Assembly (NCBI GenBank): GCA_963829055.1
Contig: CAWHHI010000004.1
Location: 480,001 to 544,000 of the forward strand
Length of the DNA: 64,000 bases
Source of the DNA: an uncultured Gemmatimonadaceae bacterium
GTDB lineage: Bacteria > Gemmatimonadota > Gemmatimonadetes > Gemmatimonadales > Gemmatimonadaceae
Direction: 5' to 3'
Below the pieces are notes generated by a model. The model ran no database searches and had not been told where the DNA came from. It saw only the letters and a list, made by a program, of their open reading frames with translations. Both the position numbers and the translations under genes were made by a program. Numbering within the stretch: the first letter of the stretch is position 1; each line of letters starts with the position of its first letter. Of this stretch, positions 33,463 to 46,155 are shown one piece after another.

Positions 33463-34446
33463 TCACGCGTTCGCGCCCGCCTCGTCGTCGAGCGATGCGA
33501 CGACCAACGCGTAGCTCGACGCTGCGTCGGTGATCCAGCGATCGATGCGCATGCCGGCAGCACCGAGCAGCTCCGCGAGCGACGCGCGATCGTACTTGCA
33601 GCTGATCTCCGTGCGAATGGACTCGCCTCCGGCGAATGCCACCGATCCCACGCCCGGAATGTGAACGGTCTGATCGTCCGTCGAGACGAGGTGCATCTCG
33701 ATGCGATGCAGGCTGCGGTCGTAGAACGCGCGGTGCTCGAACGCCGCGAGATCGAAGTCCGCGCCGAGGTCGCGATTCAGCACTCGCAGGACGTTCAGAT
33801 TGAACTCCGCCGTCACGCCCTGGCTGTCGTTGTACGCGCCTCGATGATCGCGGGGTCCTTTCGCAGGTCGGCGCCGAGGAGAAAGCTGTCGGCCGGCCGC
33901 ATGGCGATCGCGACGTGTCGAAGCAGCGTCCGCGCACCGGTCGGATCGAAGTTGCCGATCGTGCTGCCGAGGAACGCGATGAGCGCCGGCTGCGGGAGCG
34001 CCGGATCGAGGTCGAGCGGGTCCGCGATGTCGCCGACGAGCGGCTCGATGCCTAACGACGGATACTCCGCGCGAAGCTTGTTGGCCGACTCCTCCAGAAA
34101 CTCCGCGCTCACGTCGATCGGCACGTACACGTCGCCGTGTCCCGCGTACACCATCGCGTCGAGCAGCAGCCGCGTCTTGTCTGCGCTACCCGCCCCGAGC
34201 TCGACGAGCGCGCGCTGGACGAAGCGCGGTCATGAGCGTCGTGCTCCAGCAGTCGAGCAGCGCGCGCTCGGTTCGCGTGAGATAGTACTCGGGCAGGCGC
34301 GTGATCTCGTCGAACAGCTCGGAGCCGCGCCGGTCGTAGAAGTACTTCGGCGGCAGCTCCTTCTGCGGGCGCGAGAGTCCGCGCGCGACGTCGCGCAGCA
34401 ACTCCGTGTGGAGCGACGCGTCGGACCGACCGGCAATGCTAGTCAT
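33463..34446 (-). CDS. egtD: L-histidine N-alpha-trimethyltransferase
   Basis: [66 protein letters not shown]. Confidence 0.92.
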
Positions 34447-35772
34447 CGGATGCGCACCGGAAGCCGCTGAAGATCTGGCGGCGAATAGGGTAGTCCCAGT
34501 TGCGGAACGTGTTGCGGATGGCGCCGGGGCGCGTGGCGAACGAGCCGCCGCGGAGCACCTTGTAGTCGCTGCCGAAGAACGACCTCCGAGTACTCCGGAT
34601 ACGGGAACGTCTCGTAGCCGGGATAGCGGCGGAAATCGCTCGACGTCCATTCCCAGACGTCGCCGATCATCCCGTAGCAGCCCGATGGGTGACACGTTGC
34701 AGCGGATACGCGCCAACCGGCGCGGTCTCGAACGCCAGCTGGTCGAGGTTCGCGTGCGCGGGCGTCCACGGGGTCGTTGCCCCACGGGAACAGGCGCTGC
34801 TTCCCGGTCGCCGGATCGAACGACGCCGCCGCTTCCCACTCGAATTCGTTAGGCAGCCGCTTGCCCGCCCACCGCGCGTACGCCTCGGCCTCGTGATACG
34901 TGACGTGACACACGGGGCGTCGCGGATCCACTGGGCCCGCTGCGATCGAACGTGCGGGAGTGCCACGCCGAGCCTTCGCGCGTCCAGTACTTCGGCGCGT
35001 TGGCGGCGTCGGCTTCCTTCCATGCCCAGCCCGCGTCGGTCCACAGCTCGCGCCGCTGATAGCCGCCGTCCTCCATGAAGTCGAGATAGCGGCCGTTCGT
35101 GACCGGAGTGACGTCGATGCTGAACGGCCTGAGCTCGACCACGTGCCGCGGTCGCTCGTTGTCGTACGCGACGCGCCGGTCGTCGGTCCCGATCGGAACG
35201 ACGCCGCCGGGGAAGCGCATCATCGCGCCGACGTCGATCGAGAACGACGGCTCGGGAACGTCGCGACCACGCGGCGCACGATACGGCGCGCCGCGCTTGA
35301 GCTGCAGCGTCTGCAGGATCGTCTCGTTATGCTGGTACTCGTGTTGCGCGACCATTGCGTACACGTATCCGTCGCGCAGGAGCGGATCGCCCGCCTCGAG
35401 ATCGAGCGTCTCGAATTTCGCGAGCACACGCTCCCGCACCTCGGCCATGATCTCGAGCACTTCATCACGACCCGGCAGGTCGAGCGCACCGCGCACGCGT
35501 CGCGGATGCTCGAACGGGTTGTAGATGCCCGGCATCTCGCCGAACTCCACGGTGCCGTGCACGTTCCGCGTCAGCCACAGCTCCTCGAAGTGCGCGATGT
35601 GGCCGAGGTCCCAGACGATCGGGCTCATTAATGGGTCGTGCTGTTCGCGAAGCTCGTCGTCGGACAGCGGCTCGATGAGCCGCACCGTTCGCTCACGCGC
35701 CTCGCGAAGCAACTCGGTGATCCGCACGGCTTCGCGATCGACACCCGGACGCGTCTCTGTGGATTCGGCCAT
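34443..35772 (-). CDS. egtB: Ergothioneine sulfoxide synthase (DinB_2 + FGE-sulfatase), type I-like
   Basis: [76 protein letters not shown] overlap with egtD. Confidence 0.9.
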
Positions 35773-36016
35773 TCGTCTCATTCCTCTCGTCGAAGTGCGG
35801 CGTAGGACTACGGCTGAGTGATGCGCGGGACGTGCCCACCGGCGCAGACCGGCGACCTGCGGAGCACAAATGCACGTTCCCGGAATCCAGTTCCGCGGTT
35901 CGTACAGGAACCGGGAACCTTGACGCGGTTGCTGCGATTCCTGCCCGCGCGAGCCACGGGCACTTCGATCAAACCGCTGACTCGGTTGGAGAGTACGCCA
36001 TGTCCACGTCCGCTTC

Positions 36017-36885
36017 GTGAATTCCAGTTGGCTGCGCGTGGGCGACATTGCCCCGGCTGCCCTCGTCGATGCCCGATTGCAACTGCATCACGCCGCGCAG
36101 ATCGCCGTGTCCGCTGCCATTTCGTATGTCGCGGCGCGATCGGACGATAGCCACACGGCGCTGACGTGGCTGCCGGCCGCTCCGGGCGCTTGCCACCGAG
36201 TCGATTACGGTCGAGCGCGACAGTTCCGGATTGCGGTGCGGCTCGAGGACCTCACTCTCCACGTGTTGGGCGAGAGACGCGCCGAACGTACAGTCGTTCA
36301 GCTTGCCGCGGCGGACGATCGACCGAAGCCTACTCGTGGTTGAGCGAGGCTGTCGTGGCTCAGTCGGCCTGGATCCAGCGCGCTTGAATCCACGCAAGCA
36401 CTACACCATACCGGCTCATGCCGTTGCCGACGGCGCACCGTTCTCGCTCGCGAATCGGTAACGAGTTGTCGGAGCTCGCACGGTACTGGTCGAATGCTGC
36501 CGGCGCTGCTCGACGATACGCTGCGGTCGACGCCTGGTGCGTCGCCGGTGCGGACCTGGCCGCACCACTTCGACATCGCGACGCTCATCGAGCTTCCGGA
36601 CGCTGGAACCGGCGGCGCGACCGCACGTCGGACGATCGGGATTGGCCAATCGCCGGGTGACGACTCCTACGCCGAGCCGTACTGGTACGTCGGTCCGTAT
36701 CCCGTATCCCGTCGACGCGCGAATTTCCGCCGGTCGCCGGCGGCGGTCACTGGCATACCGAGGGTTGGTTGGGTGCCGTGCTACCGGCGAGCGACTTCGT
36801 CGCCGCGACCGATCAGCGCGCGCAGGTCGTCTGCGTTCATTGACTCGGCGGTTGCCGCGTGTCGGACGCTCCTGGGCGCGTATGA
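36017..36885 (+). CDS. Hypothetical protein (DUF5996-like)
   Basis: RLQLHHAAQ, DDSH, VRTWPHHFDIA, GDDSYAEPYWYV; frameshifted. Confidence 0.55.
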
Positions 36886-36970
36886 GCCAGTTCGGCGCCT
36901 GCGGTCGCGCCAGTACGATGCCCGTGACATCTCTGGGCGTGCACTCAACCCTCTCTCGTCCGGAGCATCC

Positions 36971-38136
36971 ATGCCCGTTTCTCGTCGGGATTTTCTGTCT
37001 GCCGGTGCCACCGCCGCCGCCGGAGTTGCGCTTGGCACTCCGTTACTGGCCGAGACTGCGCTCGCAGTGCGAGCGTCGAGTCGAGTCGAGCCGGGTGTTC
37101 GCGCGTCCGGTCGTGATCGCGTCCGCCAACGGCATCCGCGGCGTCAAGAAGGCGTACGACATGATCGTCGCTGGCGCCGACACGCTCGACGCGATCATCG
37201 CCGGCGTGAACATCCAGGAGCTCGACCCCGAGGACATGTCCGTCGGGCTCGGCGGCCTGCCTAACGAGGATGGCGTCGTGCAGCTCGACGCGAGCTGCAT
37301 GCACGGTCCCACGAAGCGGGCCGGCGCGGTCGGCGCGCTCGAGGACATCGCGACACCATCACTCGTCGCGAAGGCGGTGATGGACTACACCGACCACATC
37401 ATTCTGGTCGGTCAGGACGCGAAGCGGTTCGCGCTCAAGATGGGGTTCAAGGAGCAGGACCTTCTGACCGAGAAGAGTCGCGCCGGAGTGGATCAAGTGG
37501 AAGACGCGGTTGAATAGCGGGCGACTCGTGGCTCGAGCCTTCCGAGACATCGCAGCGATCCGCGCCCGCGGCTCCGGCGCCGGCAACGTCACCACGCAAT
37601 CCGTCGGGTGACGGGTCGGGGAAGGAGCTCAAGTACGACGAGTACGGCATCGCGCACACGTGGGGCACGATCAACATGAACGCCGTCGATGCGAACGGAG
37701 ACATGAGCTCCGTGACGACGACGAGCGGCATCTCGTGGAAGGTGCCCGGGCCGCGTCGGCGATTCGCCGATCATCGGCGCGGGCCAGTACTGTGACAACA
37801 CCGTCGGCGCGGCTGGGTCGACCGGACGCGGCGAATCGAACATCAAGGTGTGCGGCGCCTTTCTCGCCGTCGAATTCATGCGCCAGGGCATGACGCCGGA
37901 GCAGTCGATCATCAAGGTGATGGAGCGCGTGCTGGCGATGACGGAGAAGCGTCTGCTCGACGATCGCGGGCGCCCGTACTTCGACCTGCAGTTCTACGCG
38001 CTCGCGAAGGACGGCCGCATTGCGGCGGCGACGGCGTACGAGGGATCGAAGTTCGCGGTCTGCGATAGCGCAGGGCGCGCGTCTGGTGGACTGCGCGTAT
38101 CTGTTCAAGGCGTCGGAAAAGCCGAAACGCGCGTAG
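36971..38136 (+). CDS. N4-(beta-N-acetylglucosaminyl)-L-asparaginase family (Ntn hydrolase), Tat-exported
   Basis: SRRDFL signal, SVGLGGLPNEDGVVQLDASCM, WGTIN (Thr nucleophile), TTTSG, GRVGDSPIIGAG, TGRGE. Confidence 0.85.
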
Positions 38137-38275
38137 CGGAAGGCGGAGGGCGGCCGCCGGAAGGCGGAACACCCGTGAAACGCGGAACGGTTGCATCGGG
38201 TACTAGTTCGCCTATGCGCAACGAACGCCTAGTCGAAGGGCCGCCGTCCGCCATTCCGCCTTCCGCCTTCCGTCC
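38136..38275. repeat. Heptamer palindromic element (GGCGGAA)n..(TTCCGCC)n overlapping the M23 gene start
   Basis: GCGGAAGGCGGAGGGCGG..GGAAGGCGGAA ... CCGCCATTCCGCCTTCCGCCTTCCG. Confidence 0.6.
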
Positions 38276-39614
38276 TGCTCCTCCTGTTGGCTTTCCTCGG
38301 GGCCGCTGCAACGACGGCATCCCGATTTTCGAGCGGGCGCGGCCCCATAGCGCTCACGAGCGATACGCCGACGGGCTCGAGCGAGCTGGGCTCGCCAACT
38401 CGGCGCTCGCTCGCGACTGGCTCGCGGCTGCGACGTCTTCCATCCGTCAGGCAGTTCCAGTCAGCGCTGCCGTTCCGCGAGGTCGGCTATTTCGCCGCGT
38501 CGGAAGCGCGCGCCGTCGCCTACGCCATCAGGCTCCGCGATGGACAGCGACTCGTTGCGACCGCGCGAGACGATCTGCCGGTGCGCCGTTGACGGTCTTT
38601 CTCGATCTGTTCCAGCAGACCGCCGACACCGCAAATCCGCTCGACCTCGTCGCGAGCCTCGACAGCGCCACCGTACTGCAGCGGCGCGACTGACGCACGA
38701 AGCGCGGCGAGACGGTGTGTACGTGTTGCGCGTACAGCCCGAGCTGCTCCGTAGCGGTGCGTACACGCTCACGCTCACCACGGAGCCGTCGCTGGCGTTC
38801 CCGGTTTCCGGAAAGAGCAACAAAGCGGTCCAGAGCTTCTTCGGCGCGGAGCGTGACGCGGGAGCGCGGCTCCACAAGGGCATCGACATCTTCGCGCCGC
38901 GCGGGACGCCCGTGCTCGCGGCCACGCGCGGCGTCGTACGCTCGATCTCGCCTAACAACCTCGGCGGCAATGTCGTGTGGCTCTCCGACTCCGATCGCGG
39001 GCAGACGCTCTACTACGCGCATCTCGACCGCCACAACGTAGTCGAAGGTCAGCGCGTGAGACGTCGGCGACACGTTAGGCTTCGTCGGTAACACGGGCAA
39101 CGCGCGCACGACGCCGCCTCACCTGCACTTCGGCGTCTACCGGCGCGGGCAGGGGGCCGTCGATCCGTATCCGTTCGTGTACCGGTCCAGCGCGGTTGTT
39201 GCGCCAGTCACCGCCGACACCGCGGAGCTCGGGACGCTCGCGCGCGCACGAGCGCGACAGCCCCGATGCTTGCCGTCACCCGAAGCCAGCGCGCCGACCC
39301 TAACGACGATCGCCGGCGGCAACGCCACTGCAGGTCGACGCTGCGGCCGGCAGCTGGTTCCGCGTTCGCCTGCCCGACGGGACCGCGGGCTACGTGGCGT
39401 CGCGTCTGGTCGAATCGACTCGCAACGCCGTCCGGCGGACAGACGGTCGCGTCAGGCACACCGCTCCGCGATCGGCCAGCGGCGAACGCGGCGATCATCG
39501 CGACCGCATCGGGTGGATCGCTGCCGGTCGATCGGCGAGTTCGCCGACTACTCGCTCGTGGAGACCGCCGGACGGGCTGAACGGCCTGGGTTGCCGTCAG
39601 GCCGGCTGAAATGA
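38214..39614 (+). CDS. M23 family peptidase with C-terminal SH3b-like domains
   Basis: LAFPV, HKGIDIFAPRGTPVLA (HxxxD), YYAHL, VGNTGNA..PHLHF, VDPYP. Both ends approximate. Confidence 0.8.
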
Positions 39615-41865
39615 CGGCGCGCCGGGAAGCGCGTTAGGCGCGCCGCCGCTCGACGGCGCGGTCGGGATCGGCATCTCGCCGGTTGCCCTCTCGAGCTTGA
39701 AGCCGCCGACGAGCCCCGACATGTGTGCGGCGGCCGCGGCCAGCGTCGCGGCGGCGGCGGCGATCTGCTCGGTGCTCGCGCTCTGTTCCTCGCTCGACGC
39801 CGCGACTTCCTCCATCGCCGACGCGTACGACTCCGTGGCCTTCGCCACCTCGTCGAGCCGCGCGGTCACGTCGGCGACGAGCTCGCGCGACGTCGTCGCC
39901 GCCTGCTCGATGGACGCCGTCCACGCTTCCGATCCGCGCACGGCGTCCTCGACCTGCGCGAACGAGTGCATGCCGAGCTGCGTGGTCTCGAGCACGCCGA
40001 TCACGGTTTCCATGGTGCGCGCGCTCAGCGCGCGAGACTCCTGCACCTTTGGCGAGCACGCCGCGCACGAGCGTCTCGGTGCGCTGCGCCGCCTCGGCCG
40101 AGTTGGCCGCGAGTCGTCGGACTTCGCTCGCGACGACGGCGAAGCCCTGCCCGTGCTCGCCCGCTCGCGCCGCCTCCATCGCGGCGTTGAGCGCGAGCAG
40201 CTTCGACTGCTTGGCCATCTTCTGCACGAGCGTCACGAACGCGCCGAATTCCTCGGATGCTTCGGCGAGCGCCTTCACGGCGTCGGCACTCGCGCGCGCG
40301 TCGCTCGCGAGGTGCTCGCAGCGCGATCGCGCTCGCGTCGAACCGCGTGCGGTTCTCCTTCGCGAGCGCGGCTGAGCGCGGCGTTGCGCTCGACGCCATC
40401 GTGCGCGCCGCTCGCGAGCTGATCGGCGATGCTCTGCAGACGCGACGCGTCGGACGCCATGCGCTGAATCGCGTCCGCCATCTCGGTCGACTGTCGGCTC
40501 AGGTCACCCGACGTCACCGCCATCTCCTCGGCGGCCGCAGCCATGTTCTCGCTGCCGCTCGTGATCTCGGCGGCGCGTGCCGTCGTCTCGCGGGCAGCGT
40601 CGCGCAGTGTCGACACGACGCGCCGGAGATCGTCGACCATCGCGGCGGTCGCGCGGCTCAACCGCCCGACTTCGTCGTTGGCGCTCGACGGGATCACTGG
40701 CGTCGAGAGATCGCCGGCGGCGACCGCTTCGGCGACGCTCGCCAGCTCGGTGACCGGCGCGCTGATGCGGCGATCGAGGAAGCGGCTCATCACCACAGCG
40801 TCGCGACGAGGAACGCGAGCACGGCGATCAGCGCGACCGCGATCATGGCCGTGCCTGTCGCGCAACGGCGCGAGCACGCTCGCTTCATCGATCTGAAGCG
40901 ACGACGCGCCACGATCCGTCGTTCGCGGCGGCGACCATCGCGCGTAGCGACGTGTTCGGCCGCGGTGAAGTCGCACGATCGTATCGCCGGCGGCGTCCGG
41001 GGAGGCTCTCCGCCCCGGGAAGCGCCCTTCATTCGCTCGCCGTTCCGCGACGGAGCTGGCGATCACGTCGGCCGCGACCGTCGATGACGTCGAGGCGGAC
41101 GTCTCGCTGCTCGTCGCCCGTCGCGAGCGCGGCGTCGAGCGTCGGGATGCCGAACGCGATCTTGATGACACCTTCCGGCGCGGTCGCGCTCGCCTTCGTG
41201 GATCGCCGCGGCCATCGACACGACCGTCTGTCGGGCGGACTCGTCGATACTCGGCTTCGGCCGTCGTCAGCCCTTTGCGAACCGCATCGCGCCACCATCG
41301 CCTCGTCGCTCTGGACGAAGTCGGACGTCATCTCCGTCGTCACGGCGTTGAAGCCGTTCGACGTCGGTGACGAACATCTCGGCGATGCCGAGCGGGGCGA
41401 GCTGCCGCTGAAGGAACCGGTCGGCGGTCTCGCTGACGGCAAGACTCCGCGTCGCGGCCATGTCGCGTTCGAGGCCTCGATCGGGCGCCCGACGAGTCCC
41501 ATCTGCGCGGCGCGCTGCGGCGCCGGCGCGTGCCGCGTCGACGACGGTCGGCGAAGCGCCAATGAGCTCGACCTGCCGCGCACGCTCGAGCAGCGCCTGC
41601 TCGGTCACGAGCTCGCCGCGGCGCGCGACGTCGCGGAGCCGGGTGTCGGCGCGGTCGGAGAGGAAATTCGCCGCGGTCCGCATGGCGACCAGCACGCGCG
41701 ACGCCGAGGATGCCGACCGCGACGATCGCGGCACCAACGACCATGCCGCGCTGAAGCGATTTGGAATGCGTGGCCGGCGTCGGCGCGCGCGACCGCGCCC
41801 GTCGGGGATCGAGACCGGCGTGCGCGAGGGACTGCGTGCGTCGAAGTGATCGAGGAGAGCGTCAT
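39597..41865 (-). CDS. Methyl-accepting chemotaxis protein (sensor-TM-HAMP-MA)
   Basis: TSDFVQSDE sensor region, HAMP ([14 protein letters not shown]), [31 protein letters not shown]. Confidence 0.88.
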
Positions 41866-41987
41866 GGCGGCCAGGGTCATGTCCGGCTTGTTCAGCCTCC
41901 GACCAGTCGCTAAATTCCTACAGGTCAAACCCTTCCGAAGTCGGGCGCGCTCGAGACACCGATGGCGCTGCGCCCGCGAGCCCAGAC

Positions 41988-44532
41988 ATGACTGCACCCA
42001 ATCCGCACGAGCCCACTCCTGTGAGCGCTCCCGTCGACTACGATCCGAGCACCGTCGAAGCCAAATGGCAGCGCCGGTGGCGCGAGCGTGGCACGAATCA
42101 CACCGATCTCGCCGAGCGGGGAGCGGCCGTTCTACGCGCTCATGATGTTCCCGTACCCGTCGGCGGAGGGGCTGCACGTCGGCAACCTCTTCGCGTTCAC
42201 GGGCAACGACATCTATGGACGATTCCAGCGGCTTCAGGGGCACACGGTGTTCGAGCCGCTGGGCTACGACGCGTTCGGCATCCACTCGGAGAACTACGCG
42301 CTCAAGGATCGGCGAGCATCCGATGCGCCTCATCCCGAGGAACATCGCGAACTTCCGCCGGCAGCTGGAGCGCGGCGGCCTGATGGTCGACTGGCGCTAC
42401 TCGGTGGACACCACCGATCCGCGCTACTACCGCTGGACGCAGTGGGTCTTCCTCAAGCTCTACGAGAAGGGGCTGGCCTACAAGAAGAAGGCGGCCGTCA
42501 ATTGGTGTCCCGAACGACAAGACCGTGCTCGCGAACGAGCAGGTCATCAACGGCGCGTGCGAGCGTTGCGGCGCGATGGTCGAGCAGCGGTTCCTGGAGC
42601 AGTGGTTCTTCCGCATCAGCGAGTACTGCGGAGCGGCTGCTGAACAACCTGGACCACATCGACTGGTCGGAGACGCACGAAGACGGCGCAGCGGAATTGG
42701 ATTGGCCGGAGCGATGGGGCCGAGATCGAGTTCGACGTCTGGGAACCGGGAACAGGGAACTCGGGAACCGAAGCGTCGCCGAGGCAGTCGCCGAGTTCCC
42801 GAGTTCCCGAGTTCCCGGTTCCCAGTCCCGATCACGGTCTTCACCACCCGACCCGACACGATCTTCGGTGCGACCTACCTGGTCCTCGCGCCGGAGCATC
42901 CGCTCGTCGCGCAGCCTAACGACTCGACGAGCAGCGCGCCGAGGTCGAGGCGTATCGCGAGCGCACCAAGCGGCAGGACCTCGTGTCGCGAAAGGTGACC
43001 AAGGAGAAGACCGGCGTCTTCACTGGCAGCCACGCGACCAACCCGGCCACCGGCGCGCCCATTCCGATCTGGATCGCCGACTACGTGCTCATGGAGTACG
43101 GCACCGGCGCGATCATGGCCGTGCCCGGACACGACGAGCGCGACTTCGAGTTCGCGAACGTCTTCTCGCTGCCCATCGTCAGGGTCGTGGCTGGTGAGGA
43201 GCGAGAGCGAGCACACGCCACTGGCCGAGGCGTTCACCGAGAACACGTGGCGGTCGGATCGTGAACTCCGGCCAGTTCGACGGCATGCCGGTGCCCGAGG
43301 CGAAGCGCGCGATCACCGACTGGCTGGCGTCGCGCGGTGCCGGCCGCGCCGTCGTGAACTACCGGCTGCACGACTGGTGCATCTCGCGGCAGCGCTACTG
43401 GGGTCCGCCGATCCCGATCATCTACTGCGATAAATGCGGTCCGCAGCCGGTGCCGGAGAAGGACCTGCCGGTCATGCTGCCCGACATCGAGGACTTCCGG
43501 CCCGACGATTCCGGCGTGTCGCCGCTCGCGCGTCACGAGGACTGGTACGTCGTGCCGTGCCCGAAGTGCGGCGGCAAGGCGCGTCGCGAGACGGACGTGT
43601 CCGACACGTTCCTCGACAGCGCGTGGTACTTCCTGCGCTATCCCGAGCGCCGATCGCGACGACGTGCCGTTCGATCCGAGCCTGACGAGCAAGTGGCTGC
43701 CGGTGAACTCGTACATTGGCGGCAACGAGCACGCCGTGCTGCACCTCATGTACGCGCGGTTCATCACGATGGTGCTGCACGACATGGGCATCCTGCACTT
43801 CGAGGAGCCGTTCACGCGCTTCCGCGCGCACGGCCACATCATTCGCGAACGGCGCGAAGATGTCGAAGACGAAGGGCAACATCGTCAACCCCGACCAGTA
43901 CTACGAGCAGTGGGGCGCGGACACGTTCCGCACCTACCTCATGTTCCTCGGACCGTACGAGGAAGGTGGAGACTTCCGCGATCAGTCCATCTCCGGCGTT
44001 AGGCGCTTCCTCGACCGGCTGTGGGCGTCGGCGGCGGAGGCGACGACGGAGGGCGCCGCCCGACCCCGAGGTGCTGCGCAAGCTGCACCAGACGATCGCG
44101 AAGGTCGAGCGACGACGTCTCGCGGCTCGCCTACAACACCGCCATCGCGGCGATGATGACGTACATCAACACGCTGCGGCAGGGTGAGCGCACACCGCAT
44201 CGCGACGAGGTCGAGCCGCTCATTCAGCTCGTGGCACCGTTCGCGCCTCACCTGGCGGAGGAGCTGTGGGAGCAGTTCGGCCACAAGGAGAGCGTGTTCG
44301 ACGCCGGCTGGCCCACGTTCGACGCGGACGCTCGCGCGCGAGCAGATCATCGATCTCGCCGTGCAGGTCAACGGCAAGATGCGCGGAACGATTCGCGTGC
44401 GGCCCGACGTCGACGCAGGAGGAAGCGCTCGAGGCGGCGCATGGCGCGATTCCGGCGATCGCGCGGTTCGTCACCGGCCCGCCGAAGAAAATCATCTTCG
44501 TGCCTGGTCGCCTGCTGAACATCGTCGTGTGA
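41988..44532 (+). CDS. leuS: Leucine--tRNA ligase
   Basis: [72 protein letters not shown]. Confidence 0.95.
42740..42830. repeat. Palindromic (GGGAAC..)/(..GTTCCC) element inserted in leuS
   Basis: GGGAACCGGGAACAGGGAACTCGGGAAC ... GAGTTCCCGAGTTCCCGAGTTCCCGGTTCCC, lying between the codons for GAEIEF and [10 protein letters not shown]. Confidence 0.8.
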
Positions 44533-46150
44533 GGCTGGCCAGCGGCGAGCCGGACGCAGTCCGACGTTGGCGCATCGCCGCATGGCTCTTGTGCGTCGTG
44601 GGCGCGGCGGCACGCATTGCCGCGTACGCGCAGAACCGATCGCTCTGGTACGACGAAGCCGCGCTCGCGCTCAACATCGCGCGGCGCGGCTTCGTTGATC
44701 TGGTAGCACCCCTCGATTTTCTGCAAACCGCGCCGCCCCTGTTTCTCTGGGCAGAGCGGGCCATGGTGCTCCTGTTCGGTGTCAACGAGTGGGCGCTTCG
44801 CGTCGTGCCACTCGTCTGCGGCATCCTGACGGCGCCGATGATGTGGCGCGTGGCGCGCCGCCTTCTGTCCGCACCGGTGGCAGTGCTTGCCGTCGCTCTG
44901 GTCGCGCTCTCACCGACGCTCGTGCGACTACGCAGCCGAGGTCAAACCATACGCGAGCGACGCGCTCGTCACGCTGCTGATTCTCGACCAGACCATCGCG
45001 GCGGCTCAGGGCCGGTCGGGTGTCGCTGAGTGGCGCAGACTCGCGCTGGTCGGGCTCGCGGCGATCGTCTCGTCCACGCCATCGGTGTTCGTGCTCGCCG
45101 GCGTCATTGCGTTCATGGTCTCGAGCGCATTGCTGGCGAAGGACCCGGTCTGGGGTCGGCGCGCCATTGCGCTTGCGGTGTTGTGGGGCGGGACGTTCGG
45201 TGTGCTCCTCGCCACCGTGTTCCGACCGCTGCTGGGCGAGGACACGCCGATCGGGAAGTACATGCACTGGTACTGGGCGGCCAACTTTCTCACGCCGGAT
45301 CCACCAGGACTCGCGGCGAAGTTTTCCGCGCTGCTCTGGGCGGCGTTGACCAACACGTTCCTGGGCGACGCGGCGTTTCGAGGCGCGACGACCGTGCTGG
45401 TCGGCGCCGTTCTCGTCGGAGTCGTCGTGCTCCTCGCCGTGCGGAAGACGCCACAGGCCTTGTTGCTGACGGTACCGATCGTATCACTGGCGGTGGCATC
45501 GACGGTGCGGCGCTATCCGATCGCCGAGCGGCTCATTCTGTTCGCCGCCCCGCTGTCTGCGCTGATCATCGCGGCATCACAACTCGCGTTTTCGCACCGC
45601 CGCGTGGTGCGCGTTCGCGGTTGGCTCACTGGAACGCTCACCGCTGTCGTCGTCGTGCTCGCGGCGTGGGGAGCTGTCATGCGGCTCGAGTCTGACGTCG
45701 GGCGACAGGAGAGCCGCGCCCTCGCACGTGAGGCGGACCGGACTCACGCGACCGGTGTTCCCGTCTGGATCTCTGGTGGTGGGGAAGCCGCCTGGAGATT
45801 CTACACGAATCGGGTGAGCTCACCCGAGTTGACGTCGAAGTTCGGCGGACGCGCGCTCGCGGCGGACATGCTCCTCGGGGAGTGGTACAATGCCGGGCCC
45901 GAACGAATTCTTACCGTCCGCGACGACACGGTCTCAGCCGCGAGGCCGTCGACGTGGAGTCGGACCGAAGCGATCCGTGTCCGCAGCCTGTCGCGACCTT
46001 GCGCGCTGCTCTTTCTCACGCAGACGCAGCCGGACGAAGCAGTGTCGCTGCTGAGCAGCGTCAGGCAGATCGGTGGACGAGTGCGCGGAATCACGCCGCG
46101 CTCCCGGCGCGGAAGTCTATCACGTGTGCTTTGCGCAAGCAGATTCGTAG
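44529..46150 (+). CDS. GT-C (family 39, ArnT/PMT-like) membrane glycosyltransferase
   Basis: RSLWYDEAAL, QTAPPLF, EWALR, YAAEVKPY, many TM helices. GTGA overlap with leuS. Confidence 0.75.
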
Positions 46151-46155
46151 ACTGC

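Noticed and set aside
36971..38136. Ntn hydrolase as a substitute for EgtC
   Set aside because: It is a typical glycosylasparaginase with a Tat signal (exported) and is transcribed away from the egt operon.
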